Shown: positions 1 through 9,182 of the stretch, piece by piece
Layout: every line of letters begins with the position of its first letter
Numbering within the stretch: position 1 is the first letter of the stretch
Origin: Propionicimonas sp.
Lineage (GTDB): Bacteria > Actinomycetota > Actinomycetes > Propionibacteriales > Propionibacteriaceae
Assembly: GCA_049841235.1 (NCBI GenBank)
Contig: JASGEM010000030.1
Span: forward strand, 23,452-87,451
Length of the DNA stretch: 64,000 bases
Direction of reading: 5' to 3'
Made by a program: the position numbers and the translations under genes
Notes under the pieces: generated by a model
Database searches by the model: none
Seen by the model: the letters and a program-made list of their open reading frames with translations, nothing else
What the model was told of the DNA's origin: nothing

Positions 1-70
1 GCAGCGCCAGCTGATAGGTCTCCCCGACGCTCAGGATCACCTCGGCCGGGATCTCGGGCGAGTCAGGCAT
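1..70 (-). CDS. 5' end of an unidentified gene (partial, runs off the window)
   Basis: ATG at 70-68 overlaps the TGA of the upstream protease gene (ATGA overlap). It reads MPDSPEIPAEVILSVGETYQLAL. Too short to classify. Confidence 0.3.
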   Translation of the reverse strand, partial: MPDSPEIPAEVILSVGETYQLAL

Positions 71-1866
71 CAGGCACCGTCCAGGGCGACGATGGTGGCC
101 GGCTCGCCGGTGATCTTGGCGCCCAGGTTGCCGAAGGAGGCCATCCAGGTGCCGTCCGGCTTGCGCAGATGGTGCCAGGGCTTGCCGCCGGCGAGTGCGA
201 GTACCTGCAGGGTGGTGCCGACCTCGGTGCAGGAGATCGCGGTGAAGACCGCCGGTGTACCGGCACCGGCCGAGGCGATCTGCCGCCAGGTGCCCCAGCC
301 GCCGGACGTCCGCTCCAGGTGCCAGGGCCGTCCGCCGCTGAGCGCGACCACGTTGAGCAGGCCGCCGACCACGGCCGCCCCCACGGCGGTGAAGGAGCCG
401 GGGAGTTTGCCGTCCGAGGGGACGATCCGCGCCGGCGCCTTCCAGCTGCCGTCCTTCTTGCGGGAGGTGAGCCACAGCGCGCCGCCCGCCACTGCGACGA
501 CGTTGGCCTCGCTGCCGCGGGCGGCCGCTGCCATTGCGGTGAACTTCCCGGCCGGCGTGGTGGCGGAGGCGATCCGCAGCCAGGACTTCTGCCAGTTGCT
601 GTTCGAGGTCCTGCGGGAGTGCCACAGCGCCCCGCCGGCCAACGCGGCCAGATGGACGACATCCCCCGCGGCGGTGCAGCTGATCGCCGTCCATTTCGTT
701 ACGCTCGAGGGCAGCTTGGAGGTCGGCTTCTCCCACTTCGCCCAGCCAGCGTCGGTGCGCTTGCGGGTGTACCACAGCTTGCCGCCGATCAGCCCGAAGA
801 CGTGCAACCGGTTGATGGTGGTGGCGCTGGTGATCGTGGTGAAGCTGCCCGGATCGCCGGGCTTGCCGGTGTCCAGCCGCTCCACGGGGCTCTTCCAGCT
901 ACCGGATTCGCTGCGGATGGTGTGGTAGACGTTGCCCGCGCCGGCCGCGACCACATGGAGCTTCGTGCGGATCAGGGGTGACGTGATCTTGCCGTTGATC
1001 CCCCACATCTCGGCGTCGATGCCGGCGCTGCCGTAGGCGATCCGGAAGTAGCCCTCCTCGCCCCAGCCGGTGCCCCAGCTGTTCTTGGCGATCCAGCACT
1101 GTTTGGCGTCGTCATAGCCGATGATCGCGACGCAATGACCACCCATCACCTCCCCTGCGGTCGCCGCGCGGTATTTGTAGACGCCGCCGGTGTAGTAGTA
1201 GAGGAAGTCCTCGTAGACGGTGAAGCAGGCGACCATCGGGCCGACCGTGGCCAGGTAGGTCTTCATCGAGGTGCGCGAGGTCTTGCGGGTGTAGCCGTCG
1301 AACGTGGTCAGCCGCGATTTCCAATCCGGCTTGCGCATGCAGTGCTGCGGGTAGTCGGTGTACGGGTAGTTGGCTTCGTCCGAGATGCCGGCCTTCATTC
1401 CGGCCAGCGCCTGAGCCGGCCACCACCCGCCCTCGGGGCAGGGCCAGGCGCCGTGGTTGGGGCCGATGCAGTTGAAGGCGTAGCCCTCGGAGAGGTTGAC
1501 TGCCAGGGTCGGTTGCTTTGCCCTGATCCGCACCATCGACTCCAGCACCGCGACCGTGCCGAAGGCGACGCAGGATCCGCAGCCGGCCTGATCCTTCACC
1601 GCCGTCACGTAGTTCGCGCCGGCGACGCTGCGCCAGTCGTGCTGAGGTGGTGCGGCGGCCGCCGCGGCCAACCCGAGCACGGTCTCGCCGGCAACGGCAG
1701 CGTTTCGCTGCCGGGAGAGCAGCGCGCCCGTCCCTCCCGGTGGGAGGGCACCGAGCCGGGCGCGGGCCCGGAGCTCCGAGATGCCGGAGTTGGTGGTCTC
1801 ACCCGGCTGCCAGGTGAGTTCGGACTTCAGGGCCGCGCTGGAGAGTGCGGAGAAGGTCAGCGACAT
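70..1866 (-). CDS. Papain-like (C1 family) cysteine peptidase fused to a C-terminal six-repeat beta-propeller-like (lectin-like) domain
   Basis: 598-aa ORF with ATG at 1866. It carries the catalytic-Cys motif QAGCGSCVAFG, then GGHCVAIIGYDD (His) and KNSWGTGWGEEGYFRI. The C-terminal ~300 aa form six ~50-aa repeats of the type V.ALAGG.LWH..R...G.W..W. No obvious signal peptide. Confidence 0.8.
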   Translation of the reverse strand: MSLTFSALSSAALKSELTWQPGETTNSGISELRARARLGALPPGGTGALLSRQRNAAVAGETVLGLAAAAAAPPQHDWRSVAGANYVTAVKDQAGCGSCVAFGTVAVLESMVRIRAKQPTLAVNLSEGYAFNCIGPNHGAWPCPEGGWWPAQALAGMKAGISDEANYPYTDYPQHCMRKPDWKSRLTTFDGYTRKTSRTSMKTYLATVGPMVACFTVYEDFLYYYTGGVYKYRAATAGEVMGGHCVAIIGYDDAKQCWIAKNSWGTGWGEEGYFRIAYGSAGIDAEMWGINGKITSPLIRTKLHVVAAGAGNVYHTIRSESGSWKSPVERLDTGKPGDPGSFTTITSATTINRLHVFGLIGGKLWYTRKRTDAGWAKWEKPTSKLPSSVTKWTAISCTAAGDVVHLAALAGGALWHSRRTSNSNWQKSWLRIASATTPAGKFTAMAAAARGSEANVVAVAGGALWLTSRKKDGSWKAPARIVPSDGKLPGSFTAVGAAVVGGLLNVVALSGGRPWHLERTSGGWGTWRQIASAGAGTPAVFTAISCTEVGTTLQVLALAGGKPWHHLRKPDGTWMASFGNLGAKITGEPATIVALDGA

Positions 1867-1988
1867 GGCATCCCCCTCGGGGTTGGTGAGCGATGCTGCC
1901 CACCACGACCATCCCGCTCCGTGGCCCGGAGCGCAAGCCCTTTCGGGCCGGTAGTTTGCTGCCCGGTTCAGCGACCTGACTCAGCCAT

Positions 1989-2549
1989 TCAGCGACCGCG
2001 CCCGCCCTTGCCGATCCGGACGATGCCCTGGTCGGCCGCCTTCTGGACGGCGTCCGCCTCGGCCTGGGTGAGCTTCCCATCCTTGACCGCCTGGTCGAGA
2101 ACGGCCTTGCTCTCCGCGGCCCGTTCGGCATCCCGTTCGGCGCGCAGTTCGTCAAGGGCCGTGGTGACCTTGGCCTCGTCGATGCCGAGTTCTGCCGCGA
2201 GGGCCTTCGCGAAAGCCTCCTGGCGTGCTGTCCGGGCGGCCTCGCGTTCGGCCTGGGTCTGTTCGGAGGGCTTGGTCTTCTCGGTCGACCCGATGGTCTT
2301 GCGCGCCGCGGTGATGGCTTCGGTGAGCTTGGTCTCGTCGACGCCGAGTTTGCCCGCCAGTCCGCTCACGTCCAGCTTGGCCTCGCCCCGATGCCCGCCA
2401 CCCTTGCGTCCGGGGTTGTTCTGCTCGGCACTGGACGAGGGTGAGGGGGAGGGCGTCGGTGTCTCGGCGCTGGCCAATTGGCTGACCCCGACCCCCAGAC
2501 CGGCGGTCAGGACCACGGCGGAGACTGCGGCAACAGCTTGCTTCTTCAT
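1989..2549 (-). CDS. Secreted helical-repeat protein, function unknown
   Basis: Signal peptide MKKQAVAAVSAVVLTAGLGVGVSQLASA. Repeated LG(V/I)DE.K.T.A and GKLTQAEADAV motifs in an E/K/A-rich sequence. Confidence 0.6.
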   Translation of the reverse strand: MKKQAVAAVSAVVLTAGLGVGVSQLASAETPTPSPSPSSSAEQNNPGRKGGGHRGEAKLDVSGLAGKLGVDETKLTEAITAARKTIGSTEKTKPSEQTQAEREAARTARQEAFAKALAAELGIDEAKVTTALDELRAERDAERAAESKAVLDQAVKDGKLTQAEADAVQKAADQGIVRIGKGGRGR

Positions 2550-2873
2550 CGGCAGGACTCTTTCTCTGGGTTCGGCCGGGTGTCTCCCGGTATCTCCAAG
2601 GGTTGGAAACCAACCTGGCGGGAAGCTGTGGCCCGGCTACGACTTGGCCGGCCCGGCCGGCCGTGCGTCCGCTGGTCGCGCCTGCCGGGGCAATGGTCTC
2701 ACCACATGACACGGATGTGACGAAACCCGGTCGCCGGAGTACCGTGGGGACACGAGCTGCACGTTGCCTGGTCACCCCACCGGCACGCGACAACCCACAC
2801 CAAATCACCCGCTGGCGCCCCAGTACTTTGTTGGCGCGCCCGTGGGTTTCCTGCGCTACTTCCCCGAAAGACG

Positions 2874-4262
2874 ATGACGAAAGATCTGACTGTAGGTTCG
2901 CCACTCCGCGTGATCGTGGCGTTCACCCTTCCCCTGCTGATCGGCAACCTGTTCCAGCAGCTGTACGCCTTCACCGATGCCGCGGTGGTCGGCCAGCTGC
3001 TGGGTGTGAAGGCCCTGGCCGCGGTCGGCGCCAGCGGCAGCCTGCACTTCCTGCTGATCGGATTCACCTTCGGTGCGGCGGCCGGCCTGGGTATTCCGAT
3101 CGCGAAGGCCTTCGGAGCAGGCGACTTCGACGCGATGCGCCGTCACATCGCCGCGGGAGTCATGGTCTCAGGCGGCATTGCGCTCGCGATCACCGCGATC
3201 GGCGAGCTGGCCGCCCGTCCGATGCTGCGGCTGCTCGGCACGCCGCCGGAACTGCTGCCCGCCGCCGCCACCTTCCTCACCGTGACCTTCTGGGGCGCCG
3301 GGGCGATCATGGCTTTCAACTTCCTGGCTGCGGTGATCCGCGCGCTGGGCGACAGCCGCACGCCGCTGTACTTCCTGATCGTCTCCTGCGTGCTGAACGC
3401 GGGGCTGGTCTGGTTCTTCATCGCCGTGCTGGGAACCGGTGTCGGCGGGGCCGCGCTGGCGACCGTGATCGCCCAGTTGACCGCCGTGCTGGCCTGCCTG
3501 GTGCTGATCGCGCGGAAGATGCCGCAACTGCGGCTGCGCCGGCAGGATTGGCAGCTGCAGCCCGGCGAGTTCGCCGAGTCGGCCCGCAGCGGCCTGACGA
3601 TGGGCTTCAACCTCTCGGTCATCGCTATCGGGGCCGTGGTACTGCAGTCGGCGATCAACCGGTTGGGGGCGGACGCGGTCGCCGCGACCACCGCGGCCAT
3701 GCGGGTCGACCAGCTGGCGGTGGCTCCGCTCGCCTCCTTCGGTGCCGCCATCACCACCTTCGTCGCCCAGAATCGCGGCGCACTGGAATGGAAGCGGATC
3801 CGGCTCGGGGTGTTCCGGACGCTGCTCGCGGTCTGGGCCTTCGCCGCCCTCCTGGGCGGGATCATCGTCCTGGCCGGGACGCCGATCGTCCGGCTGTTCG
3901 TCGGCGAGGGCGAGCAGGCCGTGGTGGCGATGGCTCACCAGTACCTGGTGATCAACGCAGCCCTCTACCCGCTACTGGCGACGCTGTTCGTGCTCCGCAA
4001 TGCGATCCAGGGTCTCGGCTCGACCGGAGTGCCCACCATCGCCGGATTCATGGAGCTGCTCTTCCGCGGTGCGACCGGCCTGCTGCTGGTTGCCCCGCTG
4101 GGCTTCGTCGGGGTGGCGTTGGCCGCCCCACTGGCCTGGCTCGGTGCGTTGCTGCCGGTGATCTTCGCCTGGGTCGTCCATCGTCGCCGGCTGCTGTCAC
4201 TGGAGCGCGGCGAGCTTCCGCTGCGGGTCGGCGCCCAGCTCCCTGCCCTGGCGCCGGCCTGA
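2874..4262 (+). CDS. MATE family multidrug/toxin efflux transporter
   Basis: 462 aa with about 12 hydrophobic helices. The N-terminus (PLRVIVAFTLPLLIGNLFQQLYAFTDAAVVGQLLG) is typical of the MATE family. Confidence 0.9.
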   Translation: MTKDLTVGSPLRVIVAFTLPLLIGNLFQQLYAFTDAAVVGQLLGVKALAAVGASGSLHFLLIGFTFGAAAGLGIPIAKAFGAGDFDAMRRHIAAGVMVSGGIALAITAIGELAARPMLRLLGTPPELLPAAATFLTVTFWGAGAIMAFNFLAAVIRALGDSRTPLYFLIVSCVLNAGLVWFFIAVLGTGVGGAALATVIAQLTAVLACLVLIARKMPQLRLRRQDWQLQPGEFAESARSGLTMGFNLSVIAIGAVVLQSAINRLGADAVAATTAAMRVDQLAVAPLASFGAAITTFVAQNRGALEWKRIRLGVFRTLLAVWAFAALLGGIIVLAGTPIVRLFVGEGEQAVVAMAHQYLVINAALYPLLATLFVLRNAIQGLGSTGVPTIAGFMELLFRGATGLLLVAPLGFVGVALAAPLAWLGALLPVIFAWVVHRRRLLSLERGELPLRVGAQLPALAPA

Positions 4263-4296
4263 CCGTCCGCCACCGGCCCCGGACCGGGCTTTCCGG

Positions 4297-6624
4297 TCAA
4301 GGGCCGCTCGGCACCTGACCGACCGGGTGATAGCTTTCCCGGAACTTCGAGTCGGGGACGATCCAGTGGTTGCCGTCCGCGTCCCGCACCACCCAGCCGT
4401 CCGATCCGGCGGTGGTGGGGCCCTCCTGGGTGTCGATCCGCTCACCCGGCCGGACCGGACGAGCATCCACCTCGGAGGTGCGCTGCCAGCGGTCGCCGTC
4501 CAGCTGCAGGTGGGTGGCGCGGAAGCTGGCGTCGGTCACCGTGCGCACGCTCCCGGCGGCGTCGTTCACCAGCCAGTCCCCGGGCTGGCCAATCAACGTC
4601 TCACCGGTGGCGGTCTGCCACGAGTGCGGTTCGGTGAGCCGGCTGGCCAGCACCACACCGAAGCGGCGGTACCGCTGCCAAGCGGAGCGATCAGGTGCCG
4701 GGCGGACGGCGCGATGCCCCAGTGCCCGCAGCTGGAAAAGCGTGTCGACGACCCCGGTCATCGCGACCTCACGCCGTCCTTCGGGCAGGGCTTCCCACTC
4801 GAGCAGGTCGGGGTGCCGGCGCTGCGCATCATCCCGGGAGGCGGCGTAGCTCCAGCCGGCATCGCGATAGTGGGCCAGCCAGGATTCGTGCTCGGAGCGC
4901 GCCAGCTGGGTCAGCTCGTCCAGGGAGAGGTCGAAGACCGCCAGGCCGTCCTCGATCGGACGCTGCGGGTCGGCATCCAGCGCGGTTAGGTTGTCGGCCG
5001 AACTCGGGCTCCAGGTGCGGCCGAGCGCAGCCAGTTCACGGCGGACGACGCCCAGCTGGCGCCGGTTCGACTGCCGATAGAACTCCGGCAGCTCCTCCCA
5101 GGGCACCGCGCGTGCCGCACCGGGGTGCCGGCGCCGGTACCGCTCGTGGATCAGCCGGGAGGCACGCTCCCAGGCGTCCGCCCGCGGAGTGGCCAGTGAC
5201 AGGCCGAAGCTGACCAGGGAGCCGACCGTGGGGGTCTCCGCAGTGACCGCGACGGCGTCCCCTTCCGCCTCGAAGACCGGCAGGGCGGGGAGCCGGATGC
5301 CCAGCTGGGTGCCCAGCCGGGTGCCGGGGCGGGTGATCACCACGGCGCAGCCGGTGCCGTCGCCCAGCCACTCCAGGACGGCGGCCAGCCGCGGCTCGGC
5401 ATCGACCGTGGTGATCGTCAGGGGGTCGAAGGCGAAGCGGCGTTGCAGGACGCGATGGTCGTCCACCAGTTCACCGGCCCGTTCGGCCAGCACGGTGACC
5501 TCCGGGAGCGCGGCCTCGTCCCCGAGAAACTGCAGCTCCCGGCCCAGCTGGGAGAGTTCGGTGCACAGCGCGAGGGTGAGCGGTGCGTCCCCGACGATCA
5601 GCAGGCGTCGTGGCCGTGCCTGGCGGAGCCGGACGATCAGCGCACCCGAGGTCGCCTCGTACAACCCGACCGCGTCGGCGGCGATCCGGGGATCGCCCAC
5701 CAGCCGTTTGCGCCATTCGTCGGCATGCCAGGGATCATCGATCCGGGCGACCACGGTCAGCAGTGAGGAACGTGAGGTGCCGGCCAGCAAGCTCTGAATC
5801 TGCTCCACCCGTGCGCGGTTCCAGCCGTCGTCGGCGGCCAGCAGGTAGACCTTGTCGATCCGCTCCAGCCGGATTCCCCGCCCTGTGCCGAGTGGATCGT
5901 CGGGGTCGGCGCGGACGACCAGCAAGCCGGCCGCCCGTGCTCGCTCGGTGACCACGGGGTCGAGTTCCGGCGCCAGCAGTGCGGTCCGGTGCCCGGCGGA
6001 ACGGGACGGTGACACCCGCTCGATCAGCTCCCAGGAGCGGTCGTCCAGCCCGGTGACGACGGTCAGGCTGCGGGCGCGCCGGGCGGCCAGCCGATCGAGT
6101 TGCGATCGGGAGAGCGACAGCATCACCGACGTCGCCCCGGAGGCGGTGGCCAGCAGCGCGAGGCCACGGGCGATGTGCATGCCGACCGGCGTGGCGTAGG
6201 CGCAGACCTCGCCCGGCCCGAACGGCTTGTCGAAGCTGCCGAGGAAGAGGGAGACGGTCGAGCTGAACGCGTCCCAGACCGGTGGTCCGTCGCCGGGGCA
6301 GGGCAGGTAGCCGAGGAAGGCGACCGGCGCCGCGCTTGCCGCAGACCAGGCCGAGACCAGCAGTGGCAGCCGGGTGCCCCGCGCGCGGTCGCCGCCCGAA
6401 CGCAGTACCAGGGTGAACGCCCCGGCGCCCAGGACGAGAGTGATCAGCATCGCCCAGAGTGAACTCGGCGCGGCCAGCGCCGCTGCCCAGGCCGGCACGT
6501 GATCCAGGATGCGGGGGTTGAAGGCGGCCAGCGCCAGCCAGCCCAGCTGTGCCGCGTAGAGCGCCAGCACCACGACGGCGAGGGCGCGTCGTGGAGTGGT
6601 CGGCGTGGCTTCGTCCCCCGCCAT
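4297..6624 (-). CDS. Membrane protein with Rossmann-like (TrkA-N-like) modules, a RyR-type domain and a C-terminal small beta domain
   Basis: N-terminal hydrophobic helices are followed by LTVVTGLDD and RLLIVGDAPLTLAL segments. A RyR-like repeat reads ESWLAHYRDAGWSYAASRDDAQRRHPDLLEWEALPE, and the C-terminus contains GQPGDWLVND. Start placed at ATG 6624 (MAGDEATP); the ORF itself extends to 6693. Confidence 0.7.
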   Translation of the reverse strand: MAGDEATPTTPRRALAVVVLALYAAQLGWLALAAFNPRILDHVPAWAAALAAPSSLWAMLITLVLGAGAFTLVLRSGGDRARGTRLPLLVSAWSAASAAPVAFLGYLPCPGDGPPVWDAFSSTVSLFLGSFDKPFGPGEVCAYATPVGMHIARGLALLATASGATSVMLSLSRSQLDRLAARRARSLTVVTGLDDRSWELIERVSPSRSAGHRTALLAPELDPVVTERARAAGLLVVRADPDDPLGTGRGIRLERIDKVYLLAADDGWNRARVEQIQSLLAGTSRSSLLTVVARIDDPWHADEWRKRLVGDPRIAADAVGLYEATSGALIVRLRQARPRRLLIVGDAPLTLALCTELSQLGRELQFLGDEAALPEVTVLAERAGELVDDHRVLQRRFAFDPLTITTVDAEPRLAAVLEWLGDGTGCAVVITRPGTRLGTQLGIRLPALPVFEAEGDAVAVTAETPTVGSLVSFGLSLATPRADAWERASRLIHERYRRRHPGAARAVPWEELPEFYRQSNRRQLGVVRRELAALGRTWSPSSADNLTALDADPQRPIEDGLAVFDLSLDELTQLARSEHESWLAHYRDAGWSYAASRDDAQRRHPDLLEWEALPEGRREVAMTGVVDTLFQLRALGHRAVRPAPDRSAWQRYRRFGVVLASRLTEPHSWQTATGETLIGQPGDWLVNDAAGSVRTVTDASFRATHLQLDGDRWQRTSEVDARPVRPGERIDTQEGPTTAGSDGWVVRDADGNHWIVPDSKFRESYHPVGQVPSGP

Positions 6625-6889
6625 GCCGACTCCTCTCGTCTCGGATACCGGCCGGGCTCGCCGCAGCAGTCTGCAGCCGCCCTGCTGCGCCACCCTAGCG
6701 GTGGCGGTTGGCTCCGTGGCGGTGGCTCAATTGCCTCCGCCGGGGAAGCCCCGATTCTCGCCCACTGTCGTCCTGCGTCTCTTGGCCGTCGCGTCCCCTG
6801 CCTCTCCTGGCGTCCCGGTGCAGGCCGGGGTCGTTCTGCCCGGGATGCCGGCCGGCGACGGAATGACAAGCATCGGTCGCGATGACCCT

Positions 6890-6908
6890 TTCCCGATAGT
6901 TTCGGGAA
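6890..6908. promoter_or_regulatory. Candidate LacI-family operator (palindrome TTCCCGATA-G-TTTCGGGAA)
   Basis: Near-perfect palindrome centred on G6899, 13 nt upstream of the LacI start at 6921. It shares the core CGA(A/T)AGTTTCG with the site at 15486-15498. Confidence 0.45.
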
Positions 6909-6920
6909 TATGCTGCCGTT

Positions 6921-7940
6921 GTGTCGGAGGATCAGAACTCACGGGTGACCCTGGCCGCGGTGGCCGCCGAGGCAGGAGTGTCGCTGGCCACCATCTCCAA
7001 GGTGCTCAACGGCCGCCCGGATGTCGCCACCGCCACCCGTGAACGGGTCGAGGCGCTGCTCTCGGCGCGTGGCTACGAGCGGCGTGGCGGGGCCAATGGT
7101 CCGCGCGGAGAACTGATCGAACTCGTCTTCCATGAGCTGCAGGACATCTGGTCGATGGAGATCATCGCCGGGGTGGAGTCGGTTGCCCAGCAGCAGGGAT
7201 TGTCGCTGGTGCTCACCGCCAGTGGCACCCGGCACTCGCCCGATCCGGCGTGGATCGAAGGGGCGATGCGCCGGCGGCCGGTGGGGATCGTCCTGGTCTT
7301 CTCCGATCTGGCACCGAAGTACCGGGCCCAGCTGGCCGCCCGCTCGATCCCGTTCGTGATCATCGATCCCGCGGGGGACCCCTCCCCGGACGTCGCGTCA
7401 GTGGGCTCGGCGAACTGGTCGGGCGGCCTGCAGGCCACTCGCCACCTGATCGACCTGGGACACCAGCGGATCGCCGCGATCACCGGACCGGACGACATGA
7501 TGTGCTCGCTGGCCAGGCTGGACGGCTACCGTTCGGCGATGAACGCCGCCGGCCTGGCGATCGATCCGGCCTGGATCCGCTACGGCGACTTCCACGTCGA
7601 GGGCGGACGGACGCGGGCGATGGAACTGCTGATGCTGCCGCAGCCCCCCACCGCGATCTTCGCGGGCAGCGATCTGCAGGCCCTCGGTGTCTATGAGGCG
7701 GCCCGCAGCCTGGGCATCCGGGTGCCGGAGGAGCTCTCGATCGTGGGCTACGACGACATCAAGGTCGCCGAGTGGGTCAGCCCACGGCTGACCACCGTCC
7801 ACCAACCGCTGGGCCGGATGGGAGCCGAGGCCGCACGGATCGTCATCGAGATGGCCAAGCATCCGCCGTCCGCCACCCCCCGGCTCGACCTCGCCACCCA
7901 CCTGGTCGTCCGCGAGAGCACGTCGCCACCCCTGCGCTGA
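6921..7940 (+). CDS. LacI family transcriptional regulator
   Basis: N-terminal HTH VTLAAVAAEAGVSLATISKVLNG followed by a periplasmic-binding-protein-like sugar-binding core. GTG start. Confidence 0.9.
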   Translation: MSEDQNSRVTLAAVAAEAGVSLATISKVLNGRPDVATATRERVEALLSARGYERRGGANGPRGELIELVFHELQDIWSMEIIAGVESVAQQQGLSLVLTASGTRHSPDPAWIEGAMRRRPVGIVLVFSDLAPKYRAQLAARSIPFVIIDPAGDPSPDVASVGSANWSGGLQATRHLIDLGHQRIAAITGPDDMMCSLARLDGYRSAMNAAGLAIDPAWIRYGDFHVEGGRTRAMELLMLPQPPTAIFAGSDLQALGVYEAARSLGIRVPEELSIVGYDDIKVAEWVSPRLTTVHQPLGRMGAEAARIVIEMAKHPPSATPRLDLATHLVVRESTSPPLR

Positions 7941-7963
7941 CCGCTCGGCAATGAGCCGTAGCC

Positions 7964-8584
7964 TCAGGCGGTAGTGACGGGTTGGCGGAGGATCGTCCGT
8001 AGCTTCTCGGGGGCGACCCTGCGAGGGTCGCTGAGGTAGATCTCGTGATGTTTGCCGGTCAGGCGAAGTCCGTGGTCGGGGATGAACTCGTGGTGCATAC
8101 GCTCCAGCACGGGTCCCTCGTCGTCGAAAGGACCGAGGTGGAGGGTCTGGACGCAGCGTCCTTCCGACAGTGGACGCAGCCGGATGTCGGCCACACGTGC
8201 CGGTGGGTCCTTGGTCACCACCTGTGCGAGAGTGGCCTCGAACAGACCGCCATCGATCCACTCGGGCACCATCAGCATCATCGTCCAATCCCAGCGGGAC
8301 TTGTCGCGCGATGCGGTGAAGGCGTCCATGTCGTCGGCCCACCACAGCCCTTCCAGCGGCGGAACCACGTAGTCACGGTCGAGTTCCCGCTTGCTGGCGA
8401 ACTTCAGCTTGTAAGCGAGTGGGTACAGCGCGGCGAGTGCGTCGGTGTAGGCGAGCGAGGTGTTGGGATCGCCGTGGCCGTCCACCATGAGGTACTGCTG
8501 GTCAGGGATTTCCACGATTTCGAACCGGCCCGGGGCCGCGCGGTAGCCGGCGAGGATCTTCTTGAAGTCGAGCTTGTCGGTCAT
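7964..8584 (-). CDS. GyrI-like small-molecule-binding domain protein
   Basis: Reads MTDKLDFKKILAGYRAAPGRFEIVEIPDQQYLMVDGHGDPN and has a GyrI-like family pattern. The start is ambiguous: ATG 8584, ATG 8593, or the ORF start at 8668. Confidence 0.75.
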   Translation of the reverse strand: MTDKLDFKKILAGYRAAPGRFEIVEIPDQQYLMVDGHGDPNTSLAYTDALAALYPLAYKLKFASKRELDRDYVVPPLEGLWWADDMDAFTASRDKSRWDWTMMLMVPEWIDGGLFEATLAQVVTKDPPARVADIRLRPLSEGRCVQTLHLGPFDDEGPVLERMHHEFIPDHGLRLTGKHHEIYLSDPRRVAPEKLRTILRQPVTTA

Positions 8585-8832
8585 CGGATACATGATCGCG
8601 CAGGTCAGCCCGCTAAGCGAGAGCCTTGCCCATCGTTCAGTGGGCCGGCCAGAAGACGCGAGGTGCATGCCTGTCGGCTACGAAGCCCGGAATCGTCGGG
8701 GCGCAGGCGCGCAGTGCAGCACCTCGGCATTCCGCCGTCCTGGCGAGGGTCCACGTCGCAGCTGTGTAATGGCCCGACCTGCGGTCGGATCGTCGGGATG
8801 CTGGGCATGGTCAGACGCGTGGACATGCTCGG

Positions 8833-9165
8833 TCATCCGCCGGCTCGTACCTGGTAGCGGATGTGGCTTCGTGGGCGTTGGCGGGGGTCGACGCGGCGGG
8901 GTGGGATGACTTCGGGTGTGCCGTCCGAGCGTAGGCGGATGTGCCATCGGTCGGCGGTGGGGTCGTGTCCGGGTTCGACGATGCCGTGGTGGTGTGGACA
9001 GACCAGGACGAGATTGAGCAGGTCCGTTCTCCCGCCCTTCCACCACGCGACGATGTGGTGGGCGTGGCAGGCTTGGGGTGGTTTGTCGCAGCCGGGGAAC
9101 GCGCAGACCTGCCATGAGGGGAACGTCGCCGCTGCACCGACCGGCTCTTGGCGTCCCGGCCAGTG
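8833..9165 (-). pseudogene. Truncated HNH endonuclease (C-terminal relic of a DUF222/13E12-type actinobacterial HNH gene)
   Basis: This frame is absent from the ORF track because it has no Met. It reads ..FPSWQVCAFPGCDKPPQACHAHHIVAWWKGGRTDLLNLVLVCPHHHGIVEPGHDPTADRWHIRLRSDGTPEVIPPRRVDPRQRP.., ending at TGA 8835-8833. An in-frame stop lies at 9168-9166, so the whole N-terminal DUF222 part is missing. Confidence 0.7.
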
Positions 9166-9182
9166 TCACCCATACTCAAGGG

